A stretch of DNA of 63,976 bases, counting the filler, from Octopus bimaculoides (Eukaryota): NCBI RefSeq assembly GCF_001194135.2. It is 6 parts of 6 records of this genome, joined end to end, with 100 filler letters (N's around TTAATTAATTAA, not from the genome) between each part and the next. Parts side by side here need not be neighbours in the genome. Positions count along the whole stretch, not along the records: positions 21,673 to 26,422 come from NW_026307884.1; positions 26,523 to 32,269 come from NC_068985.1; positions 32,370 to 58,967 come from NC_068994.1; 3 more parts are not named here. One strand, 5' to 3'. How positions within the stretch are numbered: position 1 is the first letter of the stretch; every line of letters starts with the position of its first letter. Below, piece by piece: positions 23,166-35,047 of this stretch. A model generated the notes under the pieces. It was not told the origin of the DNA, ran no database searches, and saw only the letters and a list, made by a program, of their open reading frames with translations. The translations under genes were made by a program, and so were the position numbers.

Positions 23166-23317
23166 NNNNNNNNNNGTGGCTGCTCTCATACATTACTTCC
23201 TTATGGCTTCTCTCATGTGGATGACTGTGGAAGTACTTCATGTTTGTCTAGCTGCGGTTATTACATCTCAATCTGTTCAGAGATCTTTTATGATTAGGAG
23301 TTCAATTCTGGCCTGGG
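23166..23317 (+). CDS. Adhesion-type (7tm_2) GPCR exon: TM3, ICL2, start of TM4
   Basis: Acceptor TGTTGTAG at 23165, first 10 nt are N; VAALIHYFLMASLMWMTVEVLHVCLAAVITSQSVQRSFMIRSSILAW-G matches the adhesion GPCR pattern LLHYF.L.SF.WM..E..H.Y...GWG.P; phase-1 donor GTATGT at 23318. Confidence 0.9.
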
Positions 23318-24768
23318 GTATGTACAAAGTTTTTTCTCTTTCTGCATCTAACTTTATCTCTTTCATATACACATACACTTTNNNNNNNNNNNNNNNNNNN
23401 NNNNNNNNNNNNNNNNNNNNNNNNNNNNNNNNNNNNNNNNNNNNNNNNNNNNNNNNNNNNNNNNNNNNNNNNNNNNNNNNNNNNNNNNNNNNNNNNNNNN
23501 NNNNNNNNNNNNNNNNNNNNNNNNNNNNNNNNNNNNNNNNNNNNNNNNNNNNNNNNNNNNNNNNNNNNNNNNNNNNNNNNNNNNNNNNNNNNNNNNNNNN
23601 NNNNNNNNNNNNNNNNNNNNNNNNNNNNNNNNNNNNNNNNNNNNNNNNNNNNNNNNNNNNNNNNNNNNNNNNNNNNNNNNNNNNNNNNNNNNNNNNNNNN
23701 NNNNNNNNNNNNNNNNNNNNNNNNNNNNNNNNNNNNNNNNNNNNNNNNNNNNNNNNNNNNNNNNNNNNNNNNNNNNNNNNNNNNNNNNNNNNNNNNNNNN
23801 NNNNNNNNNNNNNNNNNNNNNNNNNNNNNNNNNNNNNNNNNNNNNNNNNNNNNNNNNNNNNNNNNNNNNNNNNNNNNNNNNNNNNNNNNNNNNNNNNNNN
23901 NNNNNNNNNNNNNNNNNNNNNNNNNNNNNNNNNNNNNNNNNNNNNNNNNNNNNNNNNNNNNNNNNNNNNNNNNNNNNNNNNNNNNNNNNNNNNNNNNNNN
24001 NNNNNNNNNNNNNNNNNNNNNNNNNNNNNNNNNNNNNNNNNNNNNNNNNNNNNNNNNNNNNNNNNNNNNNNNNNNNNNNNNNNNNNNNNNNNNNNNNNNN
24101 NNNNNNNNNNNNNNNNNNNNNNNNNNNNNNNNNNNNNNNNNNNNNNNNNNNNNNNNNNNNNNNNNNNNNNNNNNNNNNNNNNNNNNNNNNNNNNNNNNNN
24201 NNNNNNNNNNNNNNNNNNNNNNNNNNNNNNNNNNNNNNNNNNNNNNNNNNNNNNNNNNNNNNNNNNNNNNNNNNNNNNNNNNNNNNNNNNNNNNNNNNNN
24301 NNNNNNNNNNNNNNNNNNNNNNNNNNNNNNNNNNNNNNNNNNNNNNNNNNNNNNNNNNNNNNNNNNNNNNNNTCTGTCTCTGATCTTATCTCTGTAATAA
24401 AACCAAGCGTTATCCATTTCGCACTTTCATCTGACGCCCCATGTAATTTGTGGAAAGGTTAATGAGAGCGATTTTTTGTTGTCCTCTATGTAATTTAGTC
24501 TTCATTCCATTGTTTCTCACTGGAACATATAGCAGAGAGAATCGGAGTTAGATATTTGTGGCGCCTATTTATAGAAATTTAGGAACAAATAGTAAAAACT
24601 GACACATGTGTGGATCGAAACAAATATTGATTTTGATTTGAACTACACGTTCTTTTTTTTTTCTGAACAAAAACATTGTCAACTAAATCCATTCAAATTT
24701 CACATATTTGTTATTTCAAATATTGATTAATATCTACTTAAATTAATTTATGTAAATATCGTCGTCAG

Positions 24769-24841
24769 GTCTTCCAACGGTCATTGTCACAGTTACTCTG
24801 GCAATTAACTACACCAACAATTACATCAGAATTGAACAAGT
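24769..24841 (+). CDS. Adhesion-type GPCR exon: TM4-ECL2
   Basis: CAG acceptor; completes G then LPTVIVTVTLAINYTNNYIRIEQ-V, giving the canonical WGLP; GTAAGT donor at 24842 (phase 2). Confidence 0.88.
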
Positions 24842-25506
24842 GTAAGTAATTCTGCGCTTTATTCACCGAATCTTCTCAGGTCTTCACAACTAATATTTAG
24901 GTTATGGATAAACTATAATCAAACTAAAACCACGACTTTTATTCCTGGAAGCTACCCTACTTCACTAACGTTGTTAATGATTTTTTTCTTTCAGAGAAAC
25001 ATGGATTTACATGATTTCATTTATCCCCCCACTCAATTCAATAAGACTAAATATTTAATACTTTGTAAATAGCAACATCCATGAGTAGCAGAAGAATTTG
25101 AATAGTAGAAATATTAATGTGTCTAACCTGATAAAGTGCAGCGGCGTCCCCGAATTTGATAAAAGAAAGTTTAAATAATTTATTTTAATTTTTGATGTAA
25201 TGAAGTTGTGTGCGCTAGTCCATGCGTCACACTTAATAGGGTCGCCTGAGAGAATCGTTCATGTCTTTTAAAAGTCAGGTTTTGTATCATAATAGCCTAT
25301 TTAAATAGGGACCTGCTATTGACAGTGATATGTCCAAATATAGGCTGTTTGTCTTGCTGGCACATCTTCAAGTCCTCTGTCCAGATACCATTTGAAGGTG
25401 ATGGAATAGTTCTCTTTGTTCTTTCCTTTNNNNNNNNNNNNNNNNNNAACATAATTGTTTTACAACGTGGCCATGTCTTGTAAACTTCAGTTGTGTGGAA
25501 TCCGTA

Positions 25507-25575
25507 TGGTACCGGGTTTCAGTCCTGGATGGTACCGGGTTTCAGTCCTGGATGGTACCGAGTTTCAGTCCTTGA
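25507..25575. repeat. Minisatellite, 3 x 23 bp (TGGTACCGGGTTTCAGTCCTGGA)
   Basis: Units start at 25507, 25530 and 25553 with no spacers. Confidence 0.95.
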
Positions 25576-26175
25576 TACTGCAGTCGTTTGAGTAATGCTC
25601 GTGATATATTCTTCACATTGCGCGACTGATATATTCACTCACGCTGGCGTTGGAGAGAAAGAAAAATGTTTCACTGTCTTTAAGACAGNNNNNNNNNNNN
25701 NNNNNNNNNNNNNNNNNNNNTATTGTATTTATATCAATTGCTCCCTGGAGTGCCTCAATTTTCATGTTTTCTTGTGTGTGTGGCTGGGGAGACTAATATT
25801 ATTATCCCATGTATTATCAACTAGTTCTACGGAAAAGAAAAACGCAAATTTACCCACTTCAGCACGACGGATTTCTAAGTCANNNNNNNNNNNNNNNNNN
25901 NNNNNNNNNNNNNNNNATATTTGGGGAAAAGATTTACAATCTTCAGGGAGCACGAGATAAGCATAATAATATATGGGAGACTGCGGCTTTGTATTTTCCG
26001 CTTTCTACAATCGTATCTTCCAGATTNNNNNNNNNNNNNNNNNNNNNNNNNNNNNNNNNNNNNNNNNNNNNNNNNNNNNNNNNNNNNNNNNNNNNNNNNN
26101 NNNNNNNNNNNNNNNNNNNNNNNNNNNNNNNNNNNNNNNNNNNNNNNNNNNNNNNNNNNNNNNNNNNNNNNNNNN

Positions 26176-26420
26176 AAAAATCCCATAAAATCTTATAATT
26201 ATTCATCTCCATGACAGCTTCTGACTTGTTCATACCGTTTTCCTCTTACTTTGAATTCATACATTCAACTAACATCTCAATGCAGTCTTTCAGCTACTCA
26301 GTCATCTCAGTGCTTATACCCATTTTTTATGCTAGCTTACTGCATTTACTAAAAATGGTTAATACATTTCCTTCCTCTTCCAGATGTTCTGTATTTGCTC
26401 TCTGAGTTTTATCAGTTTTT
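26176..26420 (-). mobile_element. R4/Dong-like LINE remnant
   Basis: Minus strand with stops and frameshifts: SKCSKLA*K.YKH*DD*VAERLH*DV...EAVMEMNNYKILWDF, i.e. the zinc knuckle to KILWDF region. Confidence 0.7.
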
Positions 26421-26466
26421 ATNNNNNNNNNNNNNNNNNNNNNNNNNNNNNNNNNNNNNNNNNNNN

Positions 26467-26478
26467 TTAATTAATTAA
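26467..26478. other. Artificial scaffold-join linker
   Basis: TTAATTAATTAA between 44-N runs. Confidence 0.95.
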
Positions 26479-26522
26479 NNNNNNNNNNNNNNNNNNNNNN
26501 NNNNNNNNNNNNNNNNNNNNNN

Positions 26523-26567
<45 letters not shown>

Positions 26568-28759
26568 ACGGTGTACGCAACAACCCGAATAACAAGGAAG
26601 CAACATAAAACATATATCGTTGAAAGAAAAGTAATTTATCTATTAATGAATGTTAAAAAAGTGAAGTTATTGTAGATGTTGTACAGAAAGCAACATCAAG
26701 TGAGGACAAAGTGACCTTTTATGCTAATACAATATGTGGAAAGAGCAAGCACTGAAAGAGAAAGGAAATAATTTTTTAAAAATGTTCTACTAAACAAATG
26801 GAAACCTAAAGCAAATAGTTAAAGGGATTCATGGCAAGTGTAATATATTCGATGTGATAAAAAATTATTTTGTCGGGTGCTAAGTAACATAACTCTATCA
26901 TGTGAAAATATTGCAAGAAAACATTAAAAGAAAACCAATATTGGATGCTTGAAAGAAATTATAGAACAGATTAAAAAACATAAACAAGATAAGATAATCA
27001 GTGAAATTATTATTTGTGGTTCGTTACAAATATTTATCAAATCTAGGGAAATGAAACCTCGTCAGGAATATGTATGTATTCTTTTTAATTTCTTTCGTTG
27101 GCGAGTTGGTGGAATAGTTCGAGCATTTCTTCCGGTTCTTAACGTTCTGAGCTCAATTCTTGCTTGTCTTTCGACTTTGCCTTTCAAGCTTTTAGGATCA
27201 ACAAAATAAAATACCTGTCAAGTACTGGAATCAATGTAATTGACTTGCTCCCTTCACTCGAAATTGCTGACCCTCTCCCAAAATTTGGAAGAATTGTTTT
27301 ATTTTCTGTTAGTATGTGTGTGACTTATTCACAGGGAAAAAAAGTCAGCTTGCTTCAGCGGTTTCGAGTGAGAGAATAAAGTAAGGAGGAATTGTTGTTT
27401 TTGTGACTACCAAGTTTGTGTGAATATATAGAGCAGAGTGGGGTCTCATAAAGGCAACTAAAGTTTAGTGGGTGGTGATAAACGGGAGGAGGAATAAGTC
27501 TCTTACTAAAGAACATAATGGGGTATTTCGACGTAATTCCAGTTTCCCACTGCTTCTCGGAGGATTCATTCGACACGAAACTATGGTACAAGGTTCATTT
27601 CCAAGATGCTCCGCAATATGACCGAATTCAAAACAAACTAGTGATGCCAACGTATTAACCACAAATAACTCTAGTGAGACTGAGATGTGATAGTAAATAA
27701 TATTGTTCCGTGGTTTTGTATAATATTGTAGAGAGGACACAGCTTGGACGACGATAATTTATGATGTCAACATTTCTTATCATTAAAATTTATATCTGCA
27801 TTTATAAATCGTGATTCGTTGTCAATGTCAGAACGTACTGGGGATTAAGAATAGCAAAATAATTGGTTGATCTCTTGATCTCGTGGTATGGTCGATTCAA
27901 GAAAATACATTTGGTTACGTTCATTTATGTAAACTGATTCTGAGATTCTTGGAATATATTTTGAAAGGTTGACTATGTCAATCGTTTCAGGCTATTCAAT
28001 ATTGAAATGGCAGTAACCTATTAACAGCTATACCAGGGAGGAATATCATTCAAATGTAAATGTCTAGTACTGTTTGATTGAAGTACTTTAATTGCAGTGC
28101 TTTAAAATATGCTCCAGTTTCTTGATAAATTACGTCTTATTCTCAAAAGCCATTAAATGAGGATATCAAATACAATCAGAAATACCCAGCGCCAGGCTAG
28201 AAGGAATACGTCCGTCATAATGACACGACACACGATCTAAATTTCACCCAAAGGAAATATATATAAAATCATATTTATTAGTATAGACAAGTTGGCCAAG
28301 CGTATAAGGCCTATATATAATCCAATCTGAACTCTCTGCTGTAGAGAGGCTAAAGATTAGATCTTATCTGCAGAATATTTGAGCTGCCTACAAATATTCA
28401 CACGGCAATTTCTCAACATGCAACGATGCCACGACAAATATGCGAAATCAGTAAGCGATTAATAAACGTATATTTGAAATTATATCACGATATTTGCTCT
28501 TCCTAGCTTTCAGGTCAACAGAGCANNNNNNNNNNNNNNNNNNNNNNNNNNNNNNNNNNNNNNNNNNNNNNNNNNNNNNNNNNNNNNNNNNNNNNNNNNN
28601 NNNNNNNNNNNNNNNNNNNNNNNNNTAGCTAGCTAGCTAGCCAGCTATATAGCTATCTAGGTGTCTGTCCGTCTGTAAGTATGTCATTATTCAGTTTTAT
28701 TTCAATAGAATTTCAACAAATCTACAAATTTGTATGTTTTGTTTTGTGTATATATTCTC

Positions 28760-29285
28760 ATGCATGTAGTTGTATATACAGACATGCTGATATATACTTA
28801 AATCGGAAACATCTGGAAAGTTTTACAAATTGCTACAGTTCCAGTGTCAGATTGGATTTGTAGTCTTCGAATCAGCTTTCCCCTTCTGGTTTTGAGAAGC
28901 TTAATTTCTCAAGATTGGTATTTAGGCAGTGTGTTACATGTCCCAGTGCCCCAATGATTACAGGTATAAACCTGAACTTGTAATCTGGATAGATTAAGTA
29001 TAGATTTTTCAGTCGACCAGCGTAGGTATTTTTTTTCGCTGATATTTAGCTTTATGTTAACGTCCGCTGAGCAGATGATTTCCACAACTGTACAAATATT
29101 TTTCTTCCATATCCCAAACCATTCTGTTAGGCCTGTTGTGTCTTACAATTTATTGAGGTTTTCACTGGGACATTCCACCAGTACTCCTTTTTATAATGAG
29201 TGGCCATGGCTTCCATCATACAGTGGGTTCTTATTTCTTTGTCTTCGGGGTTATCCTTCCGACGGATTTCGTTATGCAGTGTCCG
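28760..29285 (-). mobile_element. RLE-type (R4/Dong/CRE-like) LINE 3' fragment
   Basis: KEYWWNVPVKTSINCK, frameshift, HNRPNRMVWDMEEK..VVEIICSADVNI, FRFIPVIIGALGHVT; 5' junction abuts a (CATA)n tract. Confidence 0.8.
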
Positions 29286-29444
29286 TATGTATATATGCAT
29301 GTATGTATGTATGTATGTATGTATGTACGTACGTACGTACGTACGTATGTATGTATGTATGTATGTATGTATGTACGTATGCATGTATGCATCTATGTAT
29401 GTATGTATGTATGTCTGTATGTATGTACATAAGTAATTACATAG

Positions 29445-29515
<71 letters not shown>

Positions 29516-29520
29516 TTATC
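29283..29520. repeat. Compound microsatellite (TATG)n/(TACG)n and (TATC)n
   Basis: Direct reading. Confidence 0.95.
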
Positions 29521-31224
29521 AAAAGATTTCTTTACTCCTCAAGTCATGTTTGAGATATTCGTAATGAGTTGGTTGTAGTGCAAGATTTACCACTGAGTGC
29601 CGTTAAGTAAATCACACTTTATGCAGAATTGCATAAATTCTATACTGCAATAAATATATACATTCTTATTTGTAATTAATCAAAGCGCGAGATTTTACTG
29701 GAGGTCAATATTTTGTTTTATACATATGTCAAGGCATATGTGCGTTTTTACCACTTAATATATAATTAATGTATCATTCTTTATGTTAATAGCTCAAATA
29801 TCTTTTCAGAATATGCATAATGTAGAAACTATTTCTTTTCGCAATTTACTAATTTCACATTTAACTAAATGCAATCTGTGCACGCACGAAGACGTTGTAA
29901 ATAACTTACTATATCCGATTATTTCACTTCCTCTTTTTGACTTTCTCATTTCTTTTTAAATTTCACCATTGTCATATCTAGTGTTTTACACACATCTATT
30001 GATCGGCCAGTTCTCTCTCACAAACACATACATACATACATACATACATAATCATTTGCATATACAAGTTAGGAAATTAATGTGGTTGTGATATATAGAC
30101 TTACATGGAAACGCACAAAACAAACATATACACATGCTCACATATAGACTTCACACAAAGCAATGTAGGATTTTCAGAGAATCATCTGCTTGAATAATAA
30201 TACTTATTTCTGATGTCAGACTATTAATTCTGAATATATTATGCTGAAGTGTTAAAATTTGGCAACTCAAGCTAATATTAAGCATAAATTTTCTATCGCT
30301 TCTAGCTAAGGCAACAATAAATGTGAATTGGTTGCTACAAATGGAGTACACTATTGGTGTGAAATATTTCGGTGACATTTTTTAGGCATGCACGCTGAAG
30401 TTAAATGTTTTATGCAATTATAATGTTCTATAATCAATACAACACGCTCTACATCCTCAATGGATAAATGGTTCTAGATCAATAAGTTAAATGCCATTAA
30501 GTGAACATCAATAAGATGTATTACTCGGGTTAGGCTTACAACAGCTTCTTCTTTTAAATGATTATTAAAACAAGATGAAAACATTAAAAATAAGAAAATA
30601 AAATGTGATGAAAGTTTATTGCTTATGCTCTCACCAGGTCTGGTGATACGACTGAATCGAGAGGACTGACTCGAATGGGGAAAGGTTTTAGAGAATAATA
30701 GCTAAAATTAGCGACGCTAATTTTGAAAATATGCACATGAAGGACCTTTGCAAAGGAAATGTTGAGATCTGAATCAAAGAACAACTACATTTTTGTATAT
30801 TGTTTCAAATAACAAAAAAATGTTTTATTTGTTTTACGACGCATCGGTATTCGAGTTGTAGAAACTTATGACTGTAGAAAAGATTTCGTGGCATGCATGA
30901 CAAATAAAAATTACTTCAGAATTAATGCTTTCTTACATAAAAATGCGTCAAATTTTAAGGAATAAACTGGACGATAATATCAAACTGTCAACTGTAACTC
31001 ATAATTGATATTTGTTTTATCGAGATCGGATGGAAGGCAAGTGCTGATAATTAGGGCGATTTGAACTCTGAACATAAAGAAGCTGGCCGTGTACCGCAAA
31101 GGGTCTTTCTAACAATTCTGCCTGTGTATTTTCTAATGTCTCGGTTTAAAGTCATATTCATGAAGCAGAAATTTAATTTATGAAACTGTACTAATAAGAT
31201 GAACTAAGGTGAACTTAACATCCT

Positions 31225-31900
31225 CTCATGAAGACGAGTCAACAGCCGGTACAGAGGTAACAGTTTTCCTTGTGTTTGTACGCTATATTTGTGATGATAA
31301 CATTGATGAAGATTTATTAATTTGCCAGACATTGCAGAATCATGCTACAGGGGAAGCAATATTTAATTTAATTTATTTGCCCATGAAAGATGAAATTTAA
31401 AGGAAATTATGTTCAAGTATTTACACGGTTAGAGCTGTAGTTATGGTAGTGAAAATTTATGGTTCTGATACAAACATGAAATAGAAAAATTCAAATATTG
31501 AAAGTATCCACTGTGTCCTTCATCCTGAAGCATTTCTAGTGAGGTGTATGCCTCAAGATTTAATACTTTAATGCTTTTATTGCTAAATCGGTCAACATTA
31601 TTAAATAAAGGTTATCAAATGCATGAATCTGTTTTTCATTAACTGAAATCTGCATAAACATTTATAACTCCTTACTAAAATGCGTTGATTATTGCATGCA
31701 AATAAGTTTGTTAGCTTTTCGAATTCCATATGCATCAGTAAATGTTGGTTCATTTGTCTAAATATCCTTCTGAAATTTCAACTAAATTAAGACACTAGTT
31801 TAGATGAGAAAATAGCATTATTTCTGAGATATTCACTTATACGAATTGAAGCGAATATTGCAATGTAGGATCAGAATACTGTATTTTATAGATTCTAAAG
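31225..31900 (+). mobile_element. hAT (Charlie-like) transposase remnant
   Basis: DESTAGTEVTVFLVFVRYICDDNIDEDLLICQTLQNHATGEAIFNLI and IHCVLHPEAF (decayed DESTD...FVRY...TTG..IF and HC..HREAL motifs). Confidence 0.8.
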
Positions 31901-32054
31901 CAAAATGAATGCACTTGTGAGTGAATTAACACATCGAGACGTATCGATAGTCAAGGAAACTACTGAATGTGTTGAAGATATTACTCATCATTAAAATCAC
32001 ACAGTGTCGCAAACATAATGTTGTCCAGCTTTTCTATAATGGTTGTAGAAACCT

Positions 32055-32058
32055 AGGG

Positions 32059-32138
<80 letters not shown>

Positions 32139-32269
32139 CATTGAGTGAGAGAGCAGTGCATGCCATCAAAGTGACACTGGGGTAAAATATACGAAGCCCA
32201 GTATACCCATCATGACTGCCCGTCTGATAATGGTACACCAGGCACATGTATCACAACCATATATGCTTG
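32055..32269 (-). mobile_element. Probable retroposon 3' end with (AAT)n tail
   Basis: Unique segment ending on the minus strand in a long (AAT)n tract; family not identified. Confidence 0.4.
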
Positions 32270-32313
32270 NNNNNNNNNNNNNNNNNNNNNNNNNNNNNNN
32301 NNNNNNNNNNNNN

Positions 32314-32325
32314 TTAATTAATTAA
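32314..32325. other. Artificial scaffold-join linker
   Basis: TTAATTAATTAA between 44-N runs. Confidence 0.95.
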
Positions 32326-32369
32326 NNNNNNNNNNNNNNNNNNNNNNNNNNNNNNNNNNNNNNNNNNNN

Positions 32370-32692
32370 TTTCTTTTGTCTAATAGCCCTGTCTACCTCC
32401 TTGTTCCACCACCACGTTACTCTGGGTTGGGAGGGGACCTTACACCACCCACAAATCTGGTCGGTGGCTTTCAACAGGTTGTCCCGCAGAAATCTCCAAT
32501 TGTCTTCCACGTTGTATGATGCTATATCCCCTTCTATTTCGTTAAATGCTTCAAGTAACTTGTCTCTAAGTCTCTGTCCGTTTGCAGGGTCTTTAAGCTT
32601 CCACACCCTTCTTCTCCAAGCCTGTCTAATTCTGGGCACCCATTTTGCCTTGATCCCAAAGTCGCTAACTACTAATCTATGTTGTGGGGTAC
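32370..32692 (-). mobile_element. RTE-like LINE ORF2 fragment (post-endonuclease region)
   Basis: ORF 32322..32639(-): RRVWKLKDP...VEDNWRFLRDNLLKATDQICGWCKVPSQPRVTWWWNKEVDRAIRQKK. Confidence 0.8.
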
Positions 32693-32784
32693 ATAAATAA
32701 ATAAAATCTTTTTAAATAGAGACAAAATTAAAATTGTTAAATTAGAACTCTACCATACACAATCAGAGACTTTTATCGGCTCAG

Positions 32785-33090
32785 CTGAAAGTTCAGTGCA
32801 TGCACAATTGAGGATTGCTTCTAGCCCAGCCAAGCCAAGTGGGGTCGTGCAGTACTTAAATTTGTACTTAAATTTGTTTTCAGTCCAGCCAACAATTAAT
32901 GCATACACAGTCACCATTTGCCCTTAGTTCAGCTAACAACTTAGCATATCTGTTTGATTCTAGCCCAGCCAGCAGTTTAATACATGCAGTACTGAAATTT
33001 GCTTTAGTTCTGCCAAATGTTTAACACATGCAGTATCGTAGTTTGCTTTCAAACTAGCCAACAGCTTAATGCAAATCTCATTAAAGTTTT
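32785..33090 (-). repeat. Degenerate ~45-bp tandem repeat with 15-residue reading periodicity
   Basis: Minus strand with frameshifts reads IKLLASLKANYDTAC / VKHLAELKANFSTAC / IKLLAGLESNRYA / KLLAELRANGDCVC / I.LLAGLKTNLST / LAGLEAILNCAC. Confidence 0.6.
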
Positions 33091-33142
33091 CTGAAAGCTA
33101 TGCTATACCTGAGTTATTCCTTGGCACTTAGTGATTAATTTA

Positions 33143-34887
33143 TGTTGTGCTGGATACCCCCAGTTGAGAAGTGGGCTGGTCCACTACTAATAAATAGTGG
33201 ACTAACTCAGTCAGTAATGTCATTCAGCAAGGTACGCTGTTTGGGCCAGTCCTGCAGAGATGACGAAACATGTCATCATAATACAGGACATAACAGTGGT
33301 GACGAGGATTTGTAGCTCACACAGCCACTGATGTATAGTAGTGGGACATAACAGTGGCGATGAGGATACCTCCCACTGTATAATGGTGTCGTTATAACAG
33401 TGGTAACGAGGTTATGAACGCTCATAGGAGTGTCGAAATGGAAGACCTATATCCAAGAACAATGAAAGAAAGTTTGAAGGATTTGAACTCTAACACAGAA
33501 TTGAACTTCACACAGAGAAATGTAATATACACACAGTGAAAAATATATATTTAAAAAAATGCTTTTGAAGAAAAAAAATGTCTGATAAAATTGGGAGTCT
33601 AACACAGAATTGAACTTCACACATNNNNNNNNNNNNNNNNNNNNNNNNNNNNNNNNNNNNNNNNNNNNNNNNNNNNNNNNNNNNNNNNNNNNNNNNNNNN
33701 NNNNNNNNNNNNNNNNNNNNNNNNNNNNNNNNNNNNNNNNNNNNNNNNNNNNNNNNNNNNNNNNNNNNNNNNNNNNNNNNNNNNNNNNNNCCAAGAACAA
33801 TGAAAGAAAGTTTGAAGGATTTGAACTCTAACACAGAATTGAACTTCACACAGAGAAATGTAATATACACACAGTGAAAAATATATATTTAAAAAAATGC
33901 TTTTGAAGAAAAAAAATGTCTGATAAAATTGGGAGTCTAACACAGAATTGAACTTCACACATTGAAAAGTAATGTACACACAGTGAAAAATATATAAAAA
34001 AAGATTCTGAAGAAAAAAGTGCTAACACAGAATTGAACTACACACAGTGAAAGGTAATATGCACACAGTGAAAAATATATAAATTCTATTGAAGAAAGAT
34101 TTTGAAAAAAAAAAAATATGGTTCTGTGTGGAACAAAAAATAATAATAATAATGAGAAGGATTTAATAATTCTGTGTGGAACAAAAAATAATTCTGGTTA
34201 GAAGAAGAAAAAAAAATGAAAAAGAATTCACGATACATTTAAAGCAAGTCATACCAGAAGATTTCAAACGTAAGCAGATATCTGTTGAAATTGAAAATGA
34301 ATCAGTTGCTAAGAAAGTTAAAATGGACAAAGAAAACACAAGCCATTTTGTGATTGAGGATACAAAAATCCTCCTTGAAAAGATGAAATGCTGATGGAAG
34401 TGACTAGTGAAGAATACATTAGAGAATCTGAGCCATCTGTTACAGGAAAAGGTCCTTCTACTGAAAGTGCTTCATTGAGGAATCGTTCTAATGCAAACAC
34501 TTTAAAAGATAATGAAAGTTTGCAGGTAACCGATCCAGTTTCTGCCAAGAAAAGTGTAATGAAAGGAAAAGTTATAGAAATGAAAAATATGTATATAATA
34601 ATGCTATGTAGTTTTTGGAAAAAATATATAATTCTGTGTGGAACAAGAAAAAAATCTATATGAGAGAAAAATAATTCTGGTTAGAAAAAAAAGAAATGAA
34701 AAAATGTTGAAAAAAAAATCTCAAAGGAGGTAGGTGTTGTGGCAGACGACCCCAGGTGAGAAGTGGGCTGGTCCACTACTAATAAATAGTGGACTGACAC
34801 AGTCAATAATGTCAGTCAGTGAGGTACGCTGTTTTGGCCAGTCCTACAGACACAACGAAATACGTTGTCATAATGCGGGACATAATT
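33143..34887 (+). mobile_element. Small non-autonomous LTR retroelement (TRIM-like)
   Basis: Two 153-bp direct repeats starting TGTTGTG (33143-33295 ending CA; 34735-34887); PBS TGGTGACGAGGAT after the 5' LTR; purine tract AAAGGAGGTAGG before the 3' LTR; flanks ATTTA/ATTTT as near-TSD; no gag/pol motifs in the visible interior. Confidence 0.85.
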
Positions 34888-35047
34888 ATTTTCATATTTT
34901 AAATTACTTTTTTGATGCTTTAAGTTATTCGCTTGTTTCGTGGGTGGTTTATAAAGGAGTGCTTAACATTACTTGCATTCTTTTGGTTAATTCTATTTGT
35001 GATATTTATATCACCCTGTGAAAGGTGTGAATATTTCACTGGTTTAT

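Noticed and set aside
25507-25575. 23-bp direct repeats as a CRISPR array
   Set aside because: No spacers; eukaryotic minisatellite.
27020-27075. Minus-strand CTGACGA with possible stem II
   Set aside because: GAAA core missing (ACAAA).
28626-28645. TAGCTAGCTAGCTAG beside a gap as another synthetic linker
   Set aside because: Not flanked by N on both sides and grades into degenerate TAGC repeats; probably a natural microsatellite.
30151-30378. Minus-strand ORF with TM5-like FTPIVYSICSN
   Set aside because: Wrong strand and segment for the GPCR; no splice support.
33258-33280. GACGAAACA(C/T)GTC in both LTRs as a hammerhead stem III (LTR retrozyme)
   Set aside because: No CUGANGA core at the required position; a simple CpG-decayed hairpin.
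33453-33962. Exact 172-bp direct repeat across a gap
   Set aside because: Identity and position at both gap edges suggest an unmerged contig overlap.
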